Assembly: GCA_024704765.1 (NCBI GenBank)
Contig: JAKMXF010000296.1
Coordinates: 408,465-472,464 of the forward strand
Length of the DNA stretch: 64,000 nucleotides
Reading direction: 5' to 3'
From: Oopsacas minuta
Taxonomy: Eukaryota; Animalia; Porifera
The translations under genes were made by a program, and so were the position numbers. The notes beneath the pieces are model-generated. The model was not told where the DNA came from and searched no databases. It saw only the letters and a program-made list of their open reading frames with translations. Below, piece after piece: positions 1 through 11,829 of this stretch (the first letter of the stretch is position 1; every line of letters starts with the position of its first letter).

Positions 1-938
1 AACTCATCCTTCAGAATGAATTATAGAGTGTACCATGGTTTCGGACTGAAGGCCTTTTCTGAGGAAGCAGTCGAGCCATGAATTAGTTGATTAGAAAATA
101 TCATAAACATCTTGTCATAAAAATATCATTACATCAAACGCAGAGGATGTGTTTGTCCGTCTCCTTAGTCAAAGTTACCCTGTTCAATGAGTTATCGACA
201 GCAAACAAAGTGTAAATATGTGGAGAATTTTGGCATACTTGTCACTTGAGATGTGCCTGCGGCAGCTAACAAGCTTGAATATCTATCAATTAGACTTACA
301 GGGAGGTAATAAAATATTATAGCCAAATTGATGGATTAAGTTTATTGGAGAAAAAAGAATAATTTCCAAATTTCACATCATATGGGTGATATTATTAATG
401 TTCATGAGGTACTAAAAATATATATATATTCAACCATAATAATATATTTTGCCAAACCTTGGAAAACCTGAAAATACACATGATGCGTAATCCTACATAA
501 ATTCTGATAATTGCAATCAACTCGCGACCACCGATTTCCTATACATCAAAAGTAGATTTCAAATAGTTAAGTGGTAAACTTATATCTATTTCCACTAAAT
601 TCCGAATTAAAGCCACTGTCCATGCTTAGGCAATTTAGATGCAATTTGTATTTCAATAGTAGGTACCCCTTGATATGCCAAATGCCCCGACGTAATCACT
701 TTAACCAAATTTTAACTCAATGTGGAATGATTCATCATCTCTACTGCACCAAAATCTAAATCTGTCGAATTTCGTTAATATTTTGAATTTCAAAATACTC
801 GAAGCATGAAGTGCCAAGATTAGGAGCTAAAAGACACGCGACAGTACAATGGAATTTGTATGTTGCATGGATCATAAAAATTTCTGCGGTAGATTTACCT
901 CGGGGCACTTAGTTCCGAGTATCTCCTATCGCATAGTG
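1..938 (+). mobile_element. Transib-like transposon, 3' remnant (degraded transposase C-terminus at about 1-300)
   Basis: Joining frames gives GLKAFSEEAVE (43-75), IRKYHKHL and EDVFVRLLSQSYP (143-180). This matches the Transib C-terminal pattern SEEAxExxNKxxRxYRxHxxRK...EDVFxRLLxxSDP. CATAGTG at 932-938 is the reverse complement of the Transib terminus CACTATG, but a 7-mer alone is weak evidence. Confidence 0.5.
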
Positions 939-3180
939 ACCAAAGGCATCCAGAAATTTTGCTGTTTATCGTTTAAGCTATGCTGAGGCACGATAGGAGC
1001 CCTCGCACAGCCAGCTAGCAAGCTAAGCGCTCTAGCAAATATTATAAATGAATATATATGTATATAAGGTAATATTTAGTAATCTGGTATAAGGAATAAC
1101 ATTAGTTATTGTGACTATCTTCTAAGTGTTTTAACGACAAAACTATTTGACGGCCCCACATAGATACAATCTGTGTCCTATGTTAAACCAACCTTCACAT
1201 AAATTCTCACAAAGTAGAATTGATTTTAATAGATTCCAAGGGAGGTTTTTAACCAACCTGGACCAAGAGAGGAGATAACTCTAGCAAATGATTTAATTTT
1301 CTTAGTCGATTTTATATATTTTGCGAATACATGTTATTTTTTGTTTTTGTGAGAAATCTATAATTGCAAATTATATTGTCAGAGGTGAAACACGATATTT
1401 ATCCTGGTTTTGTGTGTTTAGACGTTACCTACGTTCTTGAAACTATAGGACCAACTATTTTAACAATTAACATTGGTTAATAACTTGGCATATTTGAGAG
1501 CGGCCTATATTTTTACATATTTCTGCTCATTAGATAAATTTATGTCCCCGATATTATAATGCAAATAATTGCGAATTCATTAGTCAGGCTTTTGTAGTGA
1601 CAAACTAAATTTCGTATTCAATAATTTCTTGACCTACTAAACAGGCTTATCATAAGGACCAACATGATCAGGTCACCGTGAAAATAAATCATACAAGTCA
1701 GGTTTCAAGATTATTCAGGTCATTTTCAGGTCATTTCTGGTCTATTTCATTTCGTTTATCAATTAATTGACTGCAATTAATCAACTTAGTATTGGGGAAC
1801 CATACACTAAGTGATAGATGGAAATACCGCCAGTTTTTGCTCACTATTTATTTTTCAGAGAACCTTATAATTGAAGATATCTCATCTTGGAAACTAAAAT
1901 ACCGTTTTATGGATTTTATTCAACTTACGAGTTGATTGACGAGATTAATAAAGTAAGATTAGAAAGAATATCGTAAATTCCGTAGATCCTGAAAATGAGC
2001 TTAAAAGATTCCGAATTCCCTGCCAATGACCTTGAATGTTCAGAAAATATCCTGAATTGACCTGACTTCTCCTACTTTATCTATTGATATTTTCATTGAA
2101 TTTATCAACATTTTCATCGATATTTATATAATTCTAATTGAAAATTTTATTTGATTATTTAATTTCAGTGCAATTGCTTATTTGTGAATGTATCCCACGC
2201 AGTAAATGCCAGTAGCAGTCATAAATATTTTGGTTAAGTTCATCTCCATTCATTGTTACAAATTTCGACATGCGAATGGAAAGCGGTAACCATAATTATT
2301 TTTGTTAAGTTAAAAAGATATCGTAGAAAATATCGAAATATATCGGTGAAAATTTGTTGCTACACATGGCAAAAGAACTATATTTCCGAACGAATTATTT
2401 TTTTATCTAGAATAATATCTTTTAGAGGCTAATTCATGCATCCATTTTTTGCCATCACGCCTGGATTGTATTCTATATAATAGTTGATTATATCCATTTG
2501 ACATTTGTCCTTAAAACGATTATCTAATTATCTCCAATTAATAATTGGGTCAGTAATATGTGTCATGTTACCTTTCTGATACAATATCTATGTAAATAGT
2601 CTGAAATAATACTCATGGTTGTCATGTATTTATTTATGCGGGAATATAATTATGGATCAGTATTTCATAATTATCTCACAAATGGCATATACACGGATAA
2701 TTTACAGAAAATATTTCAAAGGTATTTCGATGCTCCAGTGACCAAATATGATGACAGAATTTCCTTCACGACAATTGATATATAGATATTGCATGTTAAA
2801 TTTTCTGAATATTTCGTTATCTAAAAATTAGTTTCAGGCCTACTCGTCATCAAATCTCGAAATCACTGTTCTCCATCCATTTTAATGGATAGCATGTAAA
2901 ATTTAGTATTTTAGCGAAAAATATCATTCCTGAAATCATGATTTGAGCTATAAATTATGGAAATGGTGAAATGGTTTAGGGTGCACGAATATTATCGAGA
3001 GGTCTAAGTATGTTATATAATATGTTTCCTACAATATATATAATGCGACCCGCCATCCCAATTTTAGAAGAAATTCAAGATGAGAAACGAGTAATTTTCT
3101 TACCACGCCCTCGTAGTTGCTTTTTACACTGATTTCCCAAAGGTAGGAAATGATAATTGTATTGATCCATCATGATGATG

Positions 3181-5154
3181 GGAGCGCGGCAATTCATCCA
3201 CTGACAACGTTGCAATTGATCGAATTTTAAGGTTGCAATTGATCGACATTAGAATTGATTTATCCTAACCTTGACTAATATTATTGAGAATATAATGATT
3301 TAATTAATGAATTGAGAAAGGTTATTGAATGAAAAATGAAAACAACAGTAAAATATATTGGAGAGGAAAAATTAAGTAAAAAATTTGAATCTTTGCTCTA
3401 TATTGCACCTGCATATTGGACATTGTTCCAAGGATGCACTGCATTCCTCACAACATTTTGCATGCCTACAAGGAAGAAATAGGACTGTTGTTACTCTCTG
3501 AAGTAAGCACACACAACAATTAACCTGAATATCATCTGCAGGCTCTTCATCGACAATGACTCATCTGGACAATCTCCAAGCAGGTTTATTGGGTTTGTAT
3601 CCGGGTGGATAGAGCTAGCTATTGCATCCACATATTGAGTTGGACTATATACTCTCGACACAAGCTTTTCTTTGCATTGAGCACGAAACGAATCATTTTG
3701 GATGTCCTTCAACTTACGACCCCGAGTAATAGTAATACCTTTTGCTAGGCGCTGAATATCTAAATTTGTATCCTGTATCGTCTTATTGAGGATTTCAACA
3801 AAAAACCATACACGCGGGTGAGAGATCACGATGTCCTTTTTTAGTCTACAGTGGTAGTTCTCTGCTCCATTATTTGTGACATGTTGGCAGTTAAAAATAG
3901 ATATTTTGTTCCTAGGAATAGAAATATTCCATTGACGTCTTAAATACTTCTTAAAAATTGTTTATTGATTCATATGAATTTCACTAAGAGGCATATCTCT
4001 CACTTCCAGTTGATTGAATACAGATATAATCTGATCTTCAGGAAGGAAAGGAAGAGTCATAAATGATCTGACTATTTTTTTAAAATTTGCATTTTTGTGA
4101 TAAACAGTTGGCAGACCTAACTTTTGTATTTTCCGCCAAATACATTGAGTATAGTGAAAATGACATCCTCGTAGATGAGTATCTTGGAACTCTCTCTCTT
4201 TACAGCATTTCTAGCCCCCTTCTCCCAATCAGACATTCCATAGATAAGTTTTAGTTGCGGGACAAGTTCGTGTATTCTAGCTAGAACAGTTGTATAGATT
4301 TCCTCATGCTTGGATGTAAGAAGACAATGGATAACCGGCAGTACATTGCGTCCAAAGCGGGCGAAAATAGTCCACAATTGATAGAACTGGGATGGTACCG
4401 TATAAAATGTACCATCAAAATAAATGTGATCCACTTCAGAGAGAGAAATCTTCATTTTATCTGAGAAAAATATCACACCGGTTTCACAACCTACTTGTAC
4501 TTCACCTTTGTAGTATCTACCAAAATCAGATGATACAATAAGTTGACAAAATTCAGTAGCACCTTTAGGAATAGGTGGTTCAATTTCTCTTCTTGCTCGA
4601 TACATTGCACACTCTAAAGTTTTGTATGGCACATCAATTGAAGAAGAATCATCACGAACAACATCTTTGAACACTTTAGATAACCTTTCACTTGAAGATC
4701 TCGCTGCAGAAACACATTAAGATTTTAGAACTAAAGCTTCAGTATTATAATCAGAAACTAGATGGTTATGGTGTTTTAAAGGATCAATAGTATTGGATTC
4801 AGAGTTTAACTTTGCAGATCCTTTACATTTTACCTTCTGATGTAAAACACATCGGAGATAGATTACCCCAGGTCTGGCTTTGTATTGAGTGTATTTAAAA
4901 CCATCTGGAGTAGTGAAAATTGTTCCCCTTTTATGTTTATAATTTCCGCAAACGTAGTCCATGTTAAGAATGATAATAAAGTTAGAGATAGGTACCTATC
5001 CGAATAAGCAATTGGTGAAATGTACACTTATTTATACAATGAAACGTTTCTGAGTATACATTTTACAGTTTCATTTGTTTAGTTTGCAATTCATTGACAA
5101 TTGTATTTTCGATCAATTGCAAACCTTAGAAAGTCTATCAATTGCAGGCGCTTC
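3181..5154 (-). mobile_element. Mutator/MULE element (FLYWCH + MULE transposase), degraded, about 1.97 kb
   Basis: Imperfect TIRs (left ggagcgcggcaatt...tgcaattgatcga; right reverse complement gaagcgcctgcaattgataga...gcaattgatcga). The 9-bp TSD matches at 8/9: atgatgatg (3172-3180) and atgatgatt (5155-5163). Confidence 0.85.
3491..4962 (-). pseudogene. MULE transposase pseudogene in three fragments
   Basis: 4717-4962 is FLYWCH-like (DGFKY...YLRC...CKG...HNH). 4117-4674 has DGTFYTVPSQFYQLWTI...MSDWEKGA. 3491-3829 has the HPRVWFFVEIL C-terminal motif. Fragments are in different frames. Confidence 0.9.
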
Positions 5155-7486
5155 ATGATGATTCATCATAAGTTTGTTCAATTTGCAAATAGAATATTGT
5201 TAAATTTCTTGGCTTTCATCTTATGCTCACTACCATGACGATATATTAGGGGAAGGAAGTTGCGTGATTTTTGCATGTATTATGAACACCACAACGCTTT
5301 CCATATACTGCGTTTGTTTTGAAACAATATATAAATTTGTGAAGGCGACATCATATTTAAACGCTTACCCTATTGGGCAATGTATATACCCAATTGAGAT
5401 ACCCTAATAAAAATAAATATTACGGAATTAAGATAGATTTTAAGATTCGAAGTGACTAGAAAGTAGAAAGGCAACGTTGTTGGTTTCCAATACACTTGTT
5501 ATCCACACATACAGTGTATGGGGATCTTCCACCACGATTTCATGGAACTGCCACTCTATTAAAATATTCCAAGACACCCCTAAAGAGTTCCCAATGCACA
5601 AGCTTAACCTACCATTGAACAATCCTGATTCGCCACAGAATATATATATATGGCCATGGAATTTGACCCCAAAGCTCTTAAGTAGCAATTTTAACCAATA
5701 TCGGGATTTACACTATGCTGTGGTTAATGAAAGAATATTATCGAAATAATATGGCTTTACGTGTTATATTTGTGCTTTTAAATTCACTATCATATTAATG
5801 GCTTTTGTCAGACTCATTTGCTGGAAGTATTGTACTATCTCTGGTTTTGCATGCTATATTTTGAAGAAATATTCGTGGAAGGGAAGTAATTTTCTTGACT
5901 TCATCAAGATCCTACTTTCCACGAATTTTGGGTCTAATCCTCCTACATTGCGAATTTTGTGTTGAATCCCCATTTTAGATTTTAGCTCTAATTTCTACTC
6001 CAAAATTTTCTCTGAGTTTTCTTCTATTTTACGAATTTTTGGTCAAAATCCAATATTTTCGGGCCTAATCCCAGCACCTCACATGAAAATATATTGTGTA
6101 GTTGTAGGAGCGTATGACCTGGAACTTCTGCCAAACGCCTTAGGGCTTGGATTAACCCATTTTCTATCGTTTCTAATTCTCATGGTGTCTATTAATCAAT
6201 TAAGCCTAGTGACTTTCCTTAGCAGCGTGTATATTTTATGTGAGCTTCTCTAATCTATCTCATTTGAAGGACAGGATTGGATTCCTGAGTGTTCAACATG
6301 AACATGCTATGTTACCATCTTATGAGCCTAGGAATTGTATCTTTTAGAACTCTAGACATAGTTTCGTTTTTATTGTTTACTTTTAAGTATTCTAATCAGA
6401 TCGATTGTAAAAAGGATATTTGAATTTCAGCGCTAAAGTTGGTCATGTATTTACTTCAGCTAAAGTATGGGTTCTCAAATTGGGGTCCGCTGTCCTTTGT
6501 TGACCGCTAAGTATTTTTCGAGGGACCGCAGATGGATGGTGAAACAAGGGCAGTGGTTATTGAAGGTCATCAATTGTTTCTGACTAACAATGAATTTTCA
6601 CTTTGTACTTTGCTGACTACTATTTAGTGGACCAGTATTGAAATGGTTACTTTTTTTGTTTATATATTTATTTTCTCCATATCATATCTATTGTTTAAAG
6701 TTAGGTTGTCAGGGCTACATGACTATTCTCCAAGAGTACTATACACTCCATGACCTGTGTATCAACAATATCAGCCCTATCTATAACGCAACCTAATCCT
6801 AATTTCCAGATATAAACACCATAATGATAACTGGTTGACTTTGTGATTTAATTGGTTGCCCAATTTTTACAATCTTAAATACCCTGTGCATAAATACTAC
6901 CCATGCTAATATTGTAGACCATAGTAGAAACATGTTTTTTGAATATTTCTTTTATAGTCAAATATAGTAAGAAAAATCGATGTGTAAGAAAGCCTCATTA
7001 TGAGAAAATCCCGATTTCGGCTAGTTGAAACAGTTTGAACGCAACAAAGTGATGACACCCCTGAACTTTGACAAAATTATTCAAATACAATTGTTCAATA
7101 TTCTCAATTCCTGATTATGACAAAATCTAAACTTGGTATAGTATTATTACTTCATCATTAAAATAATTAAATTGAAAGTTTTGAGAATTTATTTAATTCG
7201 AGGTACGAAGTTCGGGTATCAATTTTCAAAAATATTCATATGTCATTTGGCACTACAGAAAACAGTAAATGCATTTTTAGGGGACATTCATGATATATTC
7301 ATAACATTTCTGCTGTTCCTGATTTCGAGACACCTACTGCTAGAGCATATTATGTCGGCTAACAACCAAAAGAAATTTTCCGTTTCATTTGGCAATTGCG
7401 CCTGCTCTCTGGCAAGCAAAAAGCACTTCTAGTAAATAGTATGTCTTTATTATTCCATTAATATTTCTAATCCTATTAGTTATCAG

Positions 7487-7770
7487 ATACCAAAACAATG
7501 CCTGAAGAAGATCAGGCATTAATACAGCTGCAAAGGTTGAAAGATCAGAGGGCTTCAATTCAACATAATATTCCTGATGTTTTATATAGGGTATTAGCAT
7601 TATTCGATTATTTTTCTGAAGATTCTGATGAACTGAATTTTTCTAAAGGGGAATATATCAGTGTAATTCTTGACTCTTCAGCTGAAATTGATGAAGGGTG
7701 GTTGATGGGAAGACATGAACAAAACAACAACAAGGGAATATTTCCTGCTAACTATACTACATTAATATAA
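7487..7770 (+). CDS. SH3-domain exon, amphiphysin/BIN1-like C-terminus (probable last coding exon)
   Basis: YRVLALFDY..EDSDELNFSKGEYISV...EIDEGWLMG...KGIFPANYT* is a complete SH3 domain; DEGWLMG is characteristic of amphiphysin/BIN1. Splice acceptor tatcag| ends at 7486, and there is an in-frame ATG at 7498. Confidence 0.8.
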
Positions 7771-8295
7771 TCAGTTATTATATTCTGTACAATTGTTTGT
7801 GACTATATTACTTGTATTCTTTTCATATTTTTTATTTATATTTGTAGTATATTGTAACTGCCATCTAAGGAATGTAATGCTCTTCACTCAAAGTTCCATC
7901 TCAATTCTAGGGAATATGCTACTATACTTCTCATGTAATTAATTATCCGATTGAGAAGGCGTAAATTCCGGGGTATGGGAGATTGGTAGATGTTGCTTAG
8001 AAATATCCTCCCAATTAGGATCAGAACAAAATAAAAAAGCATGTTCCCAGTAGGTAATTTATAGCTAATATTTTGACCTAACTATGCAAACATATTTCAT
8101 TAACAGGACTATTTGGTGGTGGTGGTGGTGGTTTTGTTTTGGCTGCGGCGAAGGCGGAGCTGGCGTTTTTGCCTCCACTCAGCCCTCTCCCCGCTTTCGC
8201 ACTTAATTGAATTCAAGGGTAAACGTTGATTAATTTAGTTTGTATATGTAATGTGTGCAATGTATACTTATTAATCATTTAGTTTTGTATTTATA

Positions 8296-9636
8296 CAGGG
8301 TGTCCCATAATTATTGTCCTATCAGCATATAGTTTCATTTCATCAGTATTTCTAAAATATCGTACAATTGTCTAGTTTTCTTTCATAAATTTATTGACCA
8401 ACCTTATTTAGTTAGTCAACTTGATACAACGACTTTCTTTATGCACTAGTCAAAGTAGTATATTTTCTATATCAGTAATAACAATCTAACAAGGTATGGA
8501 TGTCCAGTTAGCAAAATTTGAGATTCGAAATCAAGCCCTTATCAAGTTATCGCAAGGTTTTTCCCAAAAGACTGTGGCTGAAATATTTGGAAAAGATATT
8601 AGGACCATTAGACGCTGGTGGGCTAAACATAAACGAAATGAGAGCCTTCAGCACAAAAAGGGTGCAGGACGCCCACAAAGCTAAACAGGATATCAAAGAT
8701 AGTAATCTCTAAATCTTTAGAGAAAAAGTATAAATCAATCAGAGTATTGGCGTGTAAACTTACAAAAATCGGTAATCCTGTCTCTAAAAACACTGTCCAT
8801 AGATATTTGAGGCAGGACCTTGGAGCCTGGGCCTATAAGAGGACTAAATCTCCAAAATTTACCGAAAAACAAAAATAAAGACGATTAAATTTTTGCCTGG
8901 AGAAAAGAGTTTGGACAGTGAATGATTAGAAATGAGTCCTGTGGTCAGATGAATCGCCGTTTGAGGTATTTCATCCATCAAACCGACTTAATGACAGGAT
9001 CTGGGCACATAATAAGCTCAAGGTTCAAAATATTGAAACTTCAAATATTCCCCGCGGGTTATGGTTTGGGGGATGATGAGCTTCCAGGCTTTGTCTGACC
9101 TTCACTTTTTACCTCCAAAACAAACTGTGAGTGCAGATTATTATCTTAAAGAAATTCTAGAAAAGACTTGCCTAAATGCACTTAACAGAAAACCTAAGAA
9201 GGGCGATTTACTAACTAGGAAAATGTTGCCAAACATGTCAAAATATATTTTCCAACAAGACTGAGCTCCTGCACATTCAGCCAAGAGAACCCAAAATTGA
9301 TGTAAGGAGAATCTAAGATATTTTGGGGGGAAGGGCGAATGGCCGGCGAATTCCCCAGATCTAAGTCCAATAGAAAATGTATGGGGAATACTCCAGGATC
9401 AACTTGATAGGAAGACACCTGCTCCAGGATTGGAAGAGTTTAAAAATATGCCAAAATCCGCATGGTCTGAGATATGTCCGAATACTTTGGAAATTTTAAT
9501 AGAAGGCATGCTAAAAAGAATTGAAAATGTATATTATTAAAGGGTGGATATATAGGAAAGTAATAATATATCTAATTAATGATATTTGAATGTTATAGTC
9601 ATTTACACAATAGGGCAATAATTATAGAACGCCTTG
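8296..9636 (+). mobile_element. Tc1-like element, DD37E (TRT-type), degraded transposase at about 8496-9580
   Basis: TIRs cagggtgtcccataattattgtcctat and atagggcaataattatagaacgccttg, with TA on both sides. VLWSDESPF and QQD*APAH...WPANSPDLSPIE have 37 residues between D2 and E. Several in-frame stops. Confidence 0.9.
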
Positions 9637-10929
9637 TATGTGTTACGATAAATAAAATTGAATTAGCAGGATAATATATACACATCAACTTGATCTAAAG
9701 TGAATCGCAATTATTCTGTTCCATGTAGACTGGAATTGTATCGTTGAAAGTTAATTAACTCATTAACTTTAATAATTCAGTAATTTTGGTTAATGTGGTT
9801 TTAATGGACCATTTGCCCCTTAATTAACATAAAACCTCCTACAAAAATGCCTTAATGTTGGCTAATCTATATCAGATTTGTGCATGCCTACTCCCTTTTG
9901 GTAGTCATGTTGAGAGAAATATATTTTATAATTTTTCATTATTTATAATACAACCCAAATATATAGATACTATAATAGCACACTCCAAATACACACATAT
10001 ACATGTTTGCTTGTTTTAATAATCCGATAAATTTGTTCTCCCTTTAACGTAACTGTACTAACTTTTGTTCTTAATTGTCTATCCATTCAAATTGTTATTT
10101 TTGTTCTAATTGTTCTAATTAGTATTATCTAGCTGTGGACTCTTTTTTGGCTTTGCCATTAAGAATTTCCCAAATTTGTCCTACCTGTGACGTTACTGTA
10201 CAAGGTGTTAGACTAAATTGTCTATCTGTTCAATTTATTAATTTGTCTTGCCATCAAATCTAGGGATATTTCCATAAATATACATATTTCTTCACACAAA
10301 TATTGAATCTAATCACCTGAAATTCACTTCTTGTAATATTGAATTCTTCTGTCTTAGACACTTACTGTGCCATTGAGGATATAATGTAAGTGTGAAGGTG
10401 TGTTGAATAAGTCACCATATTTGATATTGACTTTGAATTGGCATGAGTCTGTTCTCCAACGACAGGAGCTTGTGATATGTGAAGTGGTGTTTGTGTAAGT
10501 TAGTAATTTGTAATCGTAACACACAATTTGTGAAGCGCTCTACACTTTTTGATTTAACATCCTATTATGGATTAGTATGAAGAGAAACTTAGAGCAGCTC
10601 GTGGGTGCGACAGAATGAAAAGTTCACCTCCGAAATTGGGGGGCGGTCAAGGTTCTTATTTAGAACTCTTTATAAGCAGCGCAGCACATATTGCGAGAAT
10701 ATTTGATTCTCAAGCTTGTGTGTGTTTGTTATTGTGTATTTTTTATATTGCGCCCGCAATTAGGTCGGATGCTGATTTGTGAGTGAAAATGTATTCGTAC
10801 TAAATGAAACATTTCCGAGTTCCCAATTTGAAATCACTTCTCCCTTATCTGATAATATAGCTCCTATGAAGAGAGAATCAATTCCTGGTGAATAAAATGG
10901 AATGGGTAAGATGAGAAAATTAATGATTT

Positions 10930-11676
10930 CAATGAGCATCAATTTAGTCCATTGGAAGTAATTGACAATTGCATGGATATGGATACTCGTGATAGGGTCA
11001 TCAGGTCTGACCCGGAATGTATATTTGAGGGCATAATTCTTGAACGATTTGAATGATCCCATTACTTCTTAAATGGTTTTTGTCAATAAATAATCACTCG
11101 CAATGCGTCAAAGGCCTGCACAAAGTACTGACTTACATTTACCTATTTTGCCAAATCGTGACACAAACCTATTTCGAAAAGGCAATGACTGTACATCACT
11201 CCAGATACAATTGCTAAGTTATTTAGTTAGCATGTTTCAGTATATAAAGTACAGCTTGATGGCAATTGTCTTTGCCGTGCATTATCTCATTTTATCTTTG
11301 GTACCGAAAAACAAATTTGAGATACTAAAGCACAATTTGATCAATCATTTTTCAACTCTCCTCAATATCACTTCAACGTTATGAAGCGAAGGAGCCTTTT
11401 TAATCAACAACAATTACGTGGACATATAGATACCGTCTCTGTACCAAATGAGTGGGGCACAAATGATGAATTAAACATGCTAGGTGTATCGTTGGACTTG
11501 ATATATTTGTAGCTGATTATGTACATTGGAATACTTTACCCAATTTGGTACACCACCTATTAGACACTCCAATAGGGTGTGATCCGAGTTTTGAAGACAA
11601 GAATTGTGTATATTATATCACAATCTTAGCCGAAAAAGTAGGCGATGGACATCCTGAATCAAATATACTCAATTGA
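10930..11676 (+). pseudogene. OTU-family cysteine protease (deubiquitinase-like) pseudogene
   Basis: VQLDGNCLCRALSHFIFGTEK (DGNC at 11258-11269). After frameshifts: FEILKHNLINHF, then NEWGTNDELNMLG.LGLDIFVAD (WGT at 11453-11461), then VYY...DGHPES. Several stops and frameshifts, so the ORF track does not show it. Confidence 0.75.
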
Positions 11677-11829
11677 TCTAAATTGAGTAATGTGATATTA
11701 GTATTTAACTATTTTATTGTTGTCCATAAATATCATATCTAATTCATGTTGAAATATTAGAGCCTCCTCAAAAGGACTACGTACGTCGGAAGGAAGTGGT
11801 AGTCATGAGAAATTAGAGAGAGAAACATA

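Noticed and set aside
1650-2070. Degenerate caggtca / tgacctg motifs in inverted arrangement
   Set aside because: Possibly an old non-autonomous element, but I could not define termini or a TSD.
5440-5920. Overlapping short ORFs on both strands, with coding-like texture (one frame has kinase-like YIYMAMEF)
   Set aside because: Frames are broken by stops and no family motif extends beyond a few residues.
6465-6560. hAT/Charlie-like MITE end (gggttctcaaattggggtccgc)
   Set aside because: No partner terminus or TSD found.
8114-8200. (GGT)n tract followed by a GC-rich stretch
   Set aside because: Short microsatellite; no RNA-gene or terminus structure could be supported.
9262-9302. TGA at conserved Gly/Trp positions in transposases, suggesting an alternative genetic code
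   Set aside because: TAA and TAG stops and frameshifts occur in the same elements, and host genes use TGG for Trp. Ordinary decay explains it.
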